Shown here piece after piece: positions 28,641 through 37,271 of a stretch of DNA of 64,000 bases. Location: the IMG/VR virus record IMGVR_UViG_3300042483_000388; one strand, given 5' to 3'. Under the pieces are notes generated by a model, which worked only from the letters and a program-made list of their open reading frames with translations, was not told where the DNA came from and did no database searches. This DNA comes from a virus (Duplodnaviria > Caudoviricetes). The position numbers and the translations under genes are program-made. The first letter of the stretch is position 1. Each line of letters starts with the position of its first letter.

Positions 28641-31004
28641 ATGGCGACTACTAAAATAGTTTTAAATAATCAATCCGATTTGGTTCTAACTGGACCTACT
28701 ATTAGTTTACCAATAGGTATTGTTAAATCCGACATCCCATCTTTGGTTCAGGATCTTATTGGTCTTGGTGCTGCTGATGCTGCTGAAGCGGTTTCTCGTG
28801 CAAATGGAGACGTTGCTCTTCAGGCCGCATTGACACTTGCCGAAAACACATTAAACGCTGCCATTGTTTCTGGTGATGCCGCAGTAACTTCTGCATTAAA
28901 CGCATACAAGACGTTAAATGATGCTGCTCTCGCTTCTGAAGTAAGTTCAAGAAGTGCTGGTGATATCTCATTACAATCAGCTATCAATGCTGAGACATCT
29001 CGTGCAACTGCCGCTGAAGGTGTATTAACCACAGATTTAGGGGCTGAGGTAACTCGTGCGACTAACGCTGAAGGTGTTCTACAATCAAACATCAATACTG
29101 AACAGGCAAGAGCTGAGGCCGCTGAATTGTCAAACGCAAATGCAATCTCTACTGAAACACTTTCAAGAATTGCTGATGTAAACGCTGAACAACTCCGAGC
29201 TGAAACTGCAGAAAACCAATTGTCTGCTGATTTATCTACTGAGTCTGCAAATAGAGTGGCTGGTGACAGCGACAACTTGGCGGCAATAAACTTGGAAAAA
29301 GGAAGAATTGATGCTATCCTATTGGCCTCTGACGCAAACAAAGACAGCTTTGCTGAAATCGTTTCCTTAATCAACTCTGTTGATACAACAAATGATCAGG
29401 CTTTCGCTTCTTACGTTCTTTCTAATGATGCCTCTTTGGCTTCTGAGGTAACCGCTCGTGAATTTGGTGATTCAACTTTAACATCTAACTTGAATTCTGA
29501 AGTAATTCGTGCAACTGCTGCTGAGGGTGTATTAACCACAAACTTGTCTGCTGAGGTAACTCGTGCAACTGCTGCTGAGAGTTCATTAAGAAGTGACTTA
29601 ACTTCTGAGACAAATAACAGAACTTCCGCTGACTTAATGATCACAACTAATCTAAATGGTGAAATTGCTGATCGTATTGCTGGTGATGCAACTTTAACAA
29701 CCGACTTGGGTGCTGAAGTATCTCGTGCAACCCTTGCTGAAGGTGTATTAAGATCTGATTTAGCTGATGAAGTACAAGATCGTATGGATGCTGTAAGTGC
29801 TGAAGCAACTGCAAGAATTGCAGGTGATTCAACTTTAACAACCAACTTGGCTTCTGAAGTATCTCGTGCAACTGCGGCTGAAGGAGTAATCTCTTCTAAC
29901 TTGTCTGCTGAGGTAATTCGTGCAACTGGTGCTGAAGGTGTATTAGGTGGTCGAATTGATTCTGAAATATCTCGTGCAACAGGTGCTGAAGGAGTATTAA
30001 CTACTGATTTGGCTAATGAAGTACAAGATCGTATGGATGCTGTAAGTTCTGAAGAAACTGCAAGAATCGCAGGTGATTCAACTTTAACAATGGGCTTGGC
30101 TTCTGAAGTATCTCGTGCAACTCTTGCTGAGAATCAAATAAAATCTGACTTGATTGCTGAAGAATCTCGTGCAACTCTTGCTGAGAATCAAATAAAATCT
30201 GACTTGATCGCTGAAGAATCTCGTGCAACTGCTGCTGAAGTTGTTTTACAAACAAACATTAACACGGAAAAAGGAAGAATCGACGCAATACTTGACGGAT
30301 CAACTGTTAATTTAGATCAATTCTCTGAAATCGTTGCTTTTGTTAATGGTATTGATTTAACTAATGATAGTGATCTTCTTACTGCGGTTACGAACATAAA
30401 CACTTCAATTACTGCTGAGGTAACTCGTGCTGAAGGTGCTGAAGGTATGTTAGACGGTAAAATTTCAACTGAAAAATCAAGAGCTGAGGCTGCTGAGTTA
30501 GTATTAACTAATAATTTATCAAGTGAAGTTTCTCGTGCAATGCTTGCTGAAGGTGCATTATCTAATAGAATCAATTCTGAAGAAGAAGCTCGTATTGCGG
30601 CTGATGGTTTATTAGACGGTAGAATTTCTAATATCCTATCAAACACAGACCTTACTGCGACAGATTCATTTTCTGAGGTGGTTTCCAAAGTTAACAACGG
30701 ATTGTCTAGTGTTAACGGTAATGCTGATCTTTTTGTAAAGGCAAACCGACCAAGTATGATTGGATTTGCAGATAGCCCTGACGGAATCAAAACTCAATTT
30801 GACGCAAGTGTTGAATTTGGTACTGAGATTGTATTCTTAAATGGTTTAATGCAATTGGCGGGTGTAGGATTAGACTATGAAGTAATATCTAAGCCTTCAG
30901 GTTTATCGATTACATGGTTTAGATCTCCTTCGTTAAGTGACAAAATCAATATATATGGCGTACCTTCTGGTACATCAATTGGTTCAGTTCCAACAATTGG
31001 ATAA
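28641..31004 (+). CDS. Long coiled-coil fibre protein with about 18-residue repeats
   Basis: Recurrent AEVTRATAAEGVLTTNLS units, three D-x-F-x-E-(I/V)-V knuckle-like motifs and a C-terminal FLNGLMQ..DY domain. Confidence 0.75.
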   Translation: MATTKIVLNNQSDLVLTGPTISLPIGIVKSDIPSLVQDLIGLGAADAAEAVSRANGDVALQAALTLAENTLNAAIVSGDAAVTSALNAYKTLNDAALASEVSSRSAGDISLQSAINAETSRATAAEGVLTTDLGAEVTRATNAEGVLQSNINTEQARAEAAELSNANAISTETLSRIADVNAEQLRAETAENQLSADLSTESANRVAGDSDNLAAINLEKGRIDAILLASDANKDSFAEIVSLINSVDTTNDQAFASYVLSNDASLASEVTAREFGDSTLTSNLNSEVIRATAAEGVLTTNLSAEVTRATAAESSLRSDLTSETNNRTSADLMITTNLNGEIADRIAGDATLTTDLGAEVSRATLAEGVLRSDLADEVQDRMDAVSAEATARIAGDSTLTTNLASEVSRATAAEGVISSNLSAEVIRATGAEGVLGGRIDSEISRATGAEGVLTTDLANEVQDRMDAVSSEETARIAGDSTLTMGLASEVSRATLAENQIKSDLIAEESRATLAENQIKSDLIAEESRATAAEVVLQTNINTEKGRIDAILDGSTVNLDQFSEIVAFVNGIDLTNDSDLLTAVTNINTSITAEVTRAEGAEGMLDGKISTEKSRAEAAELVLTNNLSSEVSRAMLAEGALSNRINSEEEARIAADGLLDGRISNILSNTDLTATDSFSEVVSKVNNGLSSVNGNADLFVKANRPSMIGFADSPDGIKTQFDASVEFGTEIVFLNGLMQLAGVGLDYEVISKPSGLSITWFRSPSLSDKINIYGVPSGTSIGSVPTIG
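29763..30230 (+). repeat. Recent internal duplications in the fibre gene
   Basis: 111-bp near-identical direct repeat (29763-29873 vs 30012-30122) and a 54-bp tandem repeat (units starting at 30111, 30165 and 30219). Confidence 0.85.
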
Positions 31005-31020
31005 TATCTAATGGTTTAAC

Positions 31021-31054
31021 AAAAAAAAGGGGACTCTTAGGAGTCCCTTTTTTT
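31021..31054. terminator. Bidirectional Rho-independent terminator
   Basis: A8-G-GGGACTC-ttag-GAGTCCC-T7 between convergent genes. Confidence 0.9.
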
Positions 31055-31063
31055 ATTTAGTTA

Positions 31064-31618
31064 CTATTGATTTGTTTGATTTATGAATTTTTTTATTATT
31101 TCATCTTTTTCTTCTTGAGTTTCAGAATGAACCCATAACCATAAAAAAGAACCAGAGACTGGTTGTAATTCTTTTTTCTTTTCTTCTATTGTTTTTTGTA
31201 TCAATAATATTTCATTTTTTTCAAAATCTATTCCAATATTAATTTTTTTTGAAATTTTATATAATGTTAGAAGATCATTTTTTTCATAAGCAATTTGAGA
31301 TTCATTATACCATTTTATTCTTATTTGACTATTTGTTTTATCGGGATGACATTCTTTGGCGATAGATCTAAAAATTCTTTTAATTGTTTTTTCTTCTTCT
31401 GATGTCACCTCATATTGTTTGTCTTTTTTTTTATCAAAATGAGAACTTGTTTCACCTGTAATAATTGAAGGTGAATACCCTAACTTTGTTGCCTCTTCCA
31501 TAAACTGAGGGGTGTAGTAAGACGTAAACTCGTCCACGTATTCTTTTTCAGACTCCAAAAGGGTTAACTCCTTTAGATATAGGTCTAACTTCATTTTATT
31601 CAACTTACTTTTCGACAT
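31064..31618 (-). CDS. J-domain (DnaJ-like) protein
   Basis: IKRIFRSIAKECHPDK contains the HPD motif. Confidence 0.75.
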   Translation of the reverse strand: MSKSKLNKMKLDLYLKELTLLESEKEYVDEFTSYYTPQFMEEATKLGYSPSIITGETSSHFDKKKDKQYEVTSEEEKTIKRIFRSIAKECHPDKTNSQIRIKWYNESQIAYEKNDLLTLYKISKKINIGIDFEKNEILLIQKTIEEKKKELQPVSGSFLWLWVHSETQEEKDEIIKKFINQTNQ

Positions 31619-31738
31619 TACATATAAATATGTTTGAGTTTATATTTATATAAGACACTAATTTAAATCCAATTATAATTTTTGGTTTAGATAAAAGTGA
31701 TTAATAATTTTAGTTAACAGTAATATTTATAAAATAAG

Positions 31739-34700
31739 ATGCCAGTATATAATAGATTAACAGATAGGTCAAAAGTTTCGGCGGTTACGTTAAACGACAT
31801 TTTTCATGTTGTGGTTACTGGTGATACATCACAAAGTCCACAAGGTTCATCATATTATGCACCTTTAAGTGATTTACAAACAATATTAAGTGGGTCAACA
31901 GGACCAAGCGGTACCTCAGGTACAAGCGGAATAAATGGAACATCAGGGTCAAATGGAACTTCAGGAACAAATGGTACTAATGGAACTTCAGGAACAAATG
32001 GAACATCAGGAACCAATGGAACATCAGGAACCAATGGAACATCAGGAACCAATGGAACATCAGGAACCAATGGAACATCGGGTTCAAGTGGTACTAACGG
32101 AACGAATGGGACTAGCGGAACTTCAGGTACTTCAGGCACTAATGGTTCATCAGGTACTAATGGTTCATCAGGCACTAATGGTACGTCAGGCACTAATGGT
32201 TCATCAGGCACTAATGGTACGTCAGGTACTAATGGGACAAACGGAACATCAGGAACCTCTGGTTCAAGTGGGACATCAGGAACCTCGGGTTCAAGTGGTA
32301 CTAATGGTACGAGTGGGGTGAATGGTACTTCAGGTACTGACGGGACTTCTGGCACAAATGGTACGGACGGAACTAGTGGTACAAACGGAACAAGTGGAAC
32401 ATCTGGAACGAATGGAACGAATGGAACGAATGGGACAAGCGGCACAGATGGAACATCAGGAACAAATGGTACAAGCGGAACTAACGGAACTAGTGGTACA
32501 AACGGAACTTCAGGAACTAATGGAACTAATGGAACTAGTGGAACATCAGGGACAAACGGTACGAATGGAACATCAGGGACAAATGGTACTAGCGGTACCG
32601 ACGGAACATCAGGTACAAATGGAACTAGCGGTAGTTCAGGAACAAACGGAACATCAGGAACAAATGGAACTAGCGGTACTGATGGAACGAATGGCACATC
32701 GGGCACATCAGGAACTAATGGCACATCAGGAACTAATGGAACTAATGGGACAGATGGAACTAGTGGAACAAATGGGACTTCTGGAACTAATGGAACATCA
32801 GGGACTAATGGAACATCAGGGACTAATGGAACTAATGGAACTAATGGAACTAATGGGTCTTCGGGTTCAAGCGGAACTAATGGGACATCTGGTACTAACG
32901 GAACTTCGGGAACAGACGGAACTAGTGGAACTAATGGAACATCAGGATCAAGTGGTACAAATGGTACTAGCGGAACTAATGGGACTAGCGGAACTAATGG
33001 CACTAGCGGAACATCAGGATCAAGTGGTACGGACGGGACTTCAGGTACAAATGGAACTAGTGGAACTAACGGTACTTCGGGAACGGACGGGACTTCAGGT
33101 ACAAATGGAACTAGTGGAACTAACGGTACTTCGGGAACAGATGGGACATCAGGTACCAACGGAACATCAGGAACTAGCGGTACCGACGGAACATCAGGTA
33201 CAAATGGGACCAGCGGAACAAATGGAACTAGCGGTAGTTCAGGAACATCAGGAACAAACGGGACTTCAGGAACTAACGGAACATCAGGAACAAATGGTAC
33301 TGATGGTACATCGGGAACAAATGGGACTAGCGGTACTGATGGTACAAACGGAACTTCAGGAACAAATGGTACAAACGGAACTTCAGGGGCTAATGGATTT
33401 TCAACAGGTTTAGTTTATTATTTTAACCCTTCATCAGCATCTACAATTCCAACTTACTATGTTATGGATAGAAACATAGTGATAGGTGCCGGAACAACAT
33501 TAACTGCAACAGGGGGTGGAACACAACTAATAGGATCATTTTCAACAATTATTGGAGACCCTGGAATAACTACAATACCGTCAGGAAATTGGAACTTTGA
33601 GAATTACGTTGGTATGAGTTCCAATGGTGGTACTCCAAATTTATATGCTGATATATATATTAGAACAACAGGTGGTACTGAAACTTTAATTGGATCAAAT
33701 AGTGTATTACCCCACTCCATTACCGACGGTACGGTTGTGGAACTTTATTTATATTCGGTACCTGTATCCGCAACAACGGTAAATATTAATGATAGAATAG
33801 TCGTTAAGTTCTATGCAACCTCATTAGGTGGAAGAACAATGACTTGTTATTTTGAAGATGCGACAATTGCTCAGGTAACCACTTCATTATCACCATTTAT
33901 TGCGGGAACATCAGGTACAGATGGTACTTCAGGCACTAACGGTACTAGTGGTACAAATGGTACAAACGGAACTTCTGGGACTAATGGATCTAGCGGTACA
34001 AATGGAACTAACGGAACAAGTGGTACTAATGGAACCTCAGGAACTAATGGTACGGATGGTAGTTCGGGAACAAGCGGAACTTCAGGTTCATCAGGGACTA
34101 GTGGGACAAATGGAACAGATGGGTCTTCAGGTTCAAGCGGTAGCTCAGGCACTTCAGGATCTAATGGGTCTTCAGGAACAAGTGGTAGTAACGGAACAAA
34201 TGGAACGAATGGAACTTCAGGGACTAATGGAACAAACGGAACATCAGGGACTAATGGAACATCAGGAACAAATGGTACGAACGGGACTTCAGGTACAAAT
34301 GGAACTTCGGGAACAAATGGGACAAACGGAACATCAGGTACGAATGGTACTAGCGGTACTAGCGGAACTAACGGAACTAATGGAACTTCAGGTACAAATG
34401 GTACAAATGGTACGAGCGGGACCAACGGAACTTCAGGAACAAATGGTACAAATGGATCGTCAGGAACTAATGGAACTTCAGGTACAAACGGAACAAATGG
34501 AACTTCAGGTACTAATGGTACGAGCGGAACAAACGGAACAAGTGGATCATCACCTGCAGTACCAGGTTCAGATAATCAAGTTTTAACGTCAAACGGATCA
34601 GGAGGAATAGTTGCCGAATCTCTTTTAACATTTGATGGTACAAAATTAAGTGTATTGTATCAGGCTGGTGATGAAGGTGGGGAAATCCTATTAAACAAAC

Positions 34701-36910
34701 CTGTAACTAACACTACCATTTCAGGTACAGGGGTCACTTTTGACATATGGCAAGATAGAATTAGGTTTTTTGAACAAGGTGGTACTGCAAGAGGTGCGTT
34801 TCTTGACATAACCGCATGTGCTGCGGGTGTCGGTACAAATTTATTAACATCTGCCGGAACTTCAGGTACAAATGGAACTTCAGGAACGAATGGTACAAAC
34901 GGAACTTCAGGGACGAACGGTACTAATGGAACGTCGGGAACAAACGGTACGAATGGAACTAGCGGTACTAATGGAACATCAGGTACCAATGGAACAAATG
35001 GTACGTCGGGGACTAATGGAACATCAGGTACGAATGGGACTTCTGGAACTAGCGGAACTAATGGAACATCGGGAACTAACGGAACAAATGGTACTAGCGG
35101 AACAAACGGCACTAGCGGAACAAATGGAACTAATGGAACTTCAGGTACCAACGGCACTTCAGGAACAGATGGGACATCTGGTACTAACGGTACCAATGGA
35201 ACTTCAGGTACGGATGGAACTAGCGGAACATCAGGTACGGATGGAACTAGCGGAACATCAGGAACTAGTGGGGAAAACGGAATATCCGCAGGTCAAACAT
35301 ACTACTTCAATGAAAGTCAGAATAGTGATGTTTTAGGATATAAGGTATTATCAACAGAACCATCAACCGCATCAACACAAACAGTAACAACAAATTTATT
35401 AGGAATCCAACAAAACGTTTTAGTTTCTGATTACATAACACCACAATTAGGGTTTTCAGTTATTCCTGGTGGCGTACAAAGATTTCATTTACATTACTTA
35501 AAACCGGCAAGTAATGATGATATAGATGCATATGTTGAAATACAATTGGCAGATTCATCAGGAACAACTATAGGTCCAACAATAACTTCTAACATTTCAT
35601 TAATTGGTTGGGTTAGTGCGGTAATCCCTGTTGAAGTAAATGTAGATATAGTATTACCAACAACAACAATAGATCCAACAAATAGAATGATTGTTAGATT
35701 ATATTTGAGTAATAATGATGCAACGGCACATTCGGTGGTATATTATACTGAAGGTAATTCATATTATTCATTTGTTGTTACCTCAGTTGGCGCGATTGCC
35801 GGTACGTCAGGGACTTCAGGTACAAATGGAACCAGCGGTACTTCTGTTTCAGTTCCTGGATTAAACAATGAAGTTTTAACATCTGATGGATCAGGAGGTA
35901 TAGTTGCAGAAACTAATTTAATATTTAGTGGGTCACAATTATCCGTAACAGGTACGGTAGTAACTTATGGGTTTGCTCTTCCTAATATAGATACGTCAAC
36001 AGGATATTTAACCACATCAACACCTATGGTAACGTCTACTTCTATTGATTGGCTCAGTAGAATCGCCTATGATGTTTCTAGTACTTCAAGTATTAATTGG
36101 ACGAGTAGATATTTAACGGACTCATATCCTATTACTTCTGTTGATTGGGAAACTAAATATTTAAATGCGTATGACTTAACTACATCAGGGGCCACTCTTA
36201 GTGTTGATTGGAATTCTAGGTCATTATATTCATTTAGACCTCTTCCTATGCCAACTTCCACTCTTAGTGTGGATTGGCAGAATAGAACATTGAATGATAG
36301 TGGTGGTATTTCTTCAGTAGCATGGAGAGATCGCACCTTATACACACCTAATGGAACAACATCTTTAAATTGGACGGATGATACTTTTTTAGATTCAAAT
36401 GTTTATCAACGTGATTATAAATCTGCCGTTATACAAAACGCAGTATCAAATAACTATAACATTCCATATGGGTCATATTTAGGGGATGTAATTGAAGTAG
36501 ATGGTTCTACGACCTTTATGGATGCAGCAGTAACAGATGGAAATTTAGTTTATTTAGATACTAACGCCACTTGGTATCCTGTTAATCAAGCGGCAAGTGG
36601 GGCCACTTTCCTATTAGGTATTGCACATAACGTATATGCTCCTGGTGGAACAGGGTATGTTTTACTAGAAGGACATGTTGTAATTGATGATACATCATTC
36701 TCAGGACCAAATGTGCAAGGTGCGGATCATGGTTTACCAATATATATTAGAGATGGAACAACTCAGGGTCTTATGTCAACAGTCGTTCCTACTACGACTG
36801 GTGGACCAAATATAGTAAGAGTGTTAGGTCATTGTTACCAACAAAACTCAGGAACAGCAACACAATGGATGATGAAATTTAGACCATCAAATGATTGGAT
36901 AGAAATATAA
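31739..36910 (+). CDS. Collagen-like (Gly-X-Y) fibre protein, 1723 aa
   Basis: Four G-T-S/G-T-N/G-T-D/G-S-S tracts interleaved with duplicated globular domains, S(I/V)DW repeats and a C-terminal head domain. Confidence 0.85.
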   Translation: MPVYNRLTDRSKVSAVTLNDIFHVVVTGDTSQSPQGSSYYAPLSDLQTILSGSTGPSGTSGTSGINGTSGSNGTSGTNGTNGTSGTNGTSGTNGTSGTNGTSGTNGTSGTNGTSGSSGTNGTNGTSGTSGTSGTNGSSGTNGSSGTNGTSGTNGSSGTNGTSGTNGTNGTSGTSGSSGTSGTSGSSGTNGTSGVNGTSGTDGTSGTNGTDGTSGTNGTSGTSGTNGTNGTNGTSGTDGTSGTNGTSGTNGTSGTNGTSGTNGTNGTSGTSGTNGTNGTSGTNGTSGTDGTSGTNGTSGSSGTNGTSGTNGTSGTDGTNGTSGTSGTNGTSGTNGTNGTDGTSGTNGTSGTNGTSGTNGTSGTNGTNGTNGTNGSSGSSGTNGTSGTNGTSGTDGTSGTNGTSGSSGTNGTSGTNGTSGTNGTSGTSGSSGTDGTSGTNGTSGTNGTSGTDGTSGTNGTSGTNGTSGTDGTSGTNGTSGTSGTDGTSGTNGTSGTNGTSGSSGTSGTNGTSGTNGTSGTNGTDGTSGTNGTSGTDGTNGTSGTNGTNGTSGANGFSTGLVYYFNPSSASTIPTYYVMDRNIVIGAGTTLTATGGGTQLIGSFSTIIGDPGITTIPSGNWNFENYVGMSSNGGTPNLYADIYIRTTGGTETLIGSNSVLPHSITDGTVVELYLYSVPVSATTVNINDRIVVKFYATSLGGRTMTCYFEDATIAQVTTSLSPFIAGTSGTDGTSGTNGTSGTNGTNGTSGTNGSSGTNGTNGTSGTNGTSGTNGTDGSSGTSGTSGSSGTSGTNGTDGSSGSSGSSGTSGSNGSSGTSGSNGTNGTNGTSGTNGTNGTSGTNGTSGTNGTNGTSGTNGTSGTNGTNGTSGTNGTSGTSGTNGTNGTSGTNGTNGTSGTNGTSGTNGTNGSSGTNGTSGTNGTNGTSGTNGTSGTNGTSGSSPAVPGSDNQVLTSNGSGGIVAESLLTFDGTKLSVLYQAGDEGGEILLNKPVTNTTISGTGVTFDIWQDRIRFFEQGGTARGAFLDITACAAGVGTNLLTSAGTSGTNGTSGTNGTNGTSGTNGTNGTSGTNGTNGTSGTNGTSGTNGTNGTSGTNGTSGTNGTSGTSGTNGTSGTNGTNGTSGTNGTSGTNGTNGTSGTNGTSGTDGTSGTNGTNGTSGTDGTSGTSGTDGTSGTSGTSGENGISAGQTYYFNESQNSDVLGYKVLSTEPSTASTQTVTTNLLGIQQNVLVSDYITPQLGFSVIPGGVQRFHLHYLKPASNDDIDAYVEIQLADSSGTTIGPTITSNISLIGWVSAVIPVEVNVDIVLPTTTIDPTNRMIVRLYLSNNDATAHSVVYYTEGNSYYSFVVTSVGAIAGTSGTSGTNGTSGTSVSVPGLNNEVLTSDGSGGIVAETNLIFSGSQLSVTGTVVTYGFALPNIDTSTGYLTTSTPMVTSTSIDWLSRIAYDVSSTSSINWTSRYLTDSYPITSVDWETKYLNAYDLTTSGATLSVDWNSRSLYSFRPLPMPTSTLSVDWQNRTLNDSGGISSVAWRDRTLYTPNGTTSLNWTDDTFLDSNVYQRDYKSAVIQNAVSNNYNIPYGSYLGDVIEVDGSTTFMDAAVTDGNLVYLDTNATWYPVNQAASGATFLLGIAHNVYAPGGTGYVLLEGHVVIDDTSFSGPNVQGADHGLPIYIRDGTTQGLMSTVVPTTTGGPNIVRVLGHCYQQNSGTATQWMMKFRPSNDWIEI
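31892..33397 (+). repeat. Gly-X-Y coding repeat, tract 1 (9-bp periodicity)
   Basis: GGN-ACN-(TCA/AAT/AGC/GAT) units with synonymous variation; about 167 triplets estimated from tract length. Confidence 0.9.
33905..34546 (+). repeat. Gly-X-Y coding repeat, tract 2
   Basis: Same unit; about 71 triplets estimated from tract length. Confidence 0.9.
34856..35281 (+). repeat. Gly-X-Y coding repeat, tract 3
   Basis: Same unit; about 47 triplets estimated from tract length. Confidence 0.9.
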
Positions 36911-36911
36911 T

Positions 36912-37265
36912 ATGCCACCCCCATCAAGCAAAATATCAGGAATACCAGTAACATCCATAATTAATATGAAGAGTGTTAATGTAACATCTATTGTTTCAAT
37001 AGGTGGAGTATCTACATCAAATATTCCTGGATGGCCAAGTGGTAGTGGGTGCGAAACACTTATTTTAGGTTATGCTTCTGGTCCACCCCCTACACAGGCA
37101 TGTAGAAATAGAACAAATGAATACCAATTTGACTCTACTAATAGTATTTTATATGGTGTTGGAGAACCTTGCGGTGGCATACCAGCCCCTAACGGCTTTT
37201 ATTCTGATGGTAGGTCAATTTACACTTGGTTTGACGGAATATGGGGATTTGGGGGACCTTGTTAA
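36912..37265 (+). CDS. Small fibre-associated protein (117 aa)
   Basis: Starts 1 nt after the collagen-like gene; N-terminal KISGIPVTSIINM..SIVSIGGV repeat. Confidence 0.55.
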   Translation: MPPPSSKISGIPVTSIINMKSVNVTSIVSIGGVSTSNIPGWPSGSGCETLILGYASGPPPTQACRNRTNEYQFDSTNSILYGVGEPCGGIPAPNGFYSDGRSIYTWFDGIWGFGGPC

Positions 37266-37271
37266 TTTATA

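Noticed and set aside
29763-30122. Possible diversity-generating retroelement TR/VR pair (111-bp repeat)
   Set aside because: Mismatches are not adenine-restricted (g/t, t/c, cc/tg), both copies are in-frame mid-gene, and no reverse transcriptase is present in the window.
28756-30790. Several antisense ORFs within the coiled-coil fibre gene
   Set aside because: They shadow a strongly biased Ala/Glu/Thr codon pattern and have no independent motifs or signals.
31855-35336. Long antisense (VPLVPDVP...) and off-frame (MELQEQM...) ORFs over the collagen-like gene
   Set aside because: They are stop-free shadows of the 9-bp GGN-ACN-NNN repeat and start and end with the repeat tracts.
31892-35842. 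Possible CRISPR array or satellite
   Set aside because: The periodicity is 9 bp with synonymous third-position variation in one reading frame; there are no constant repeats with unique spacers and no cas genes.
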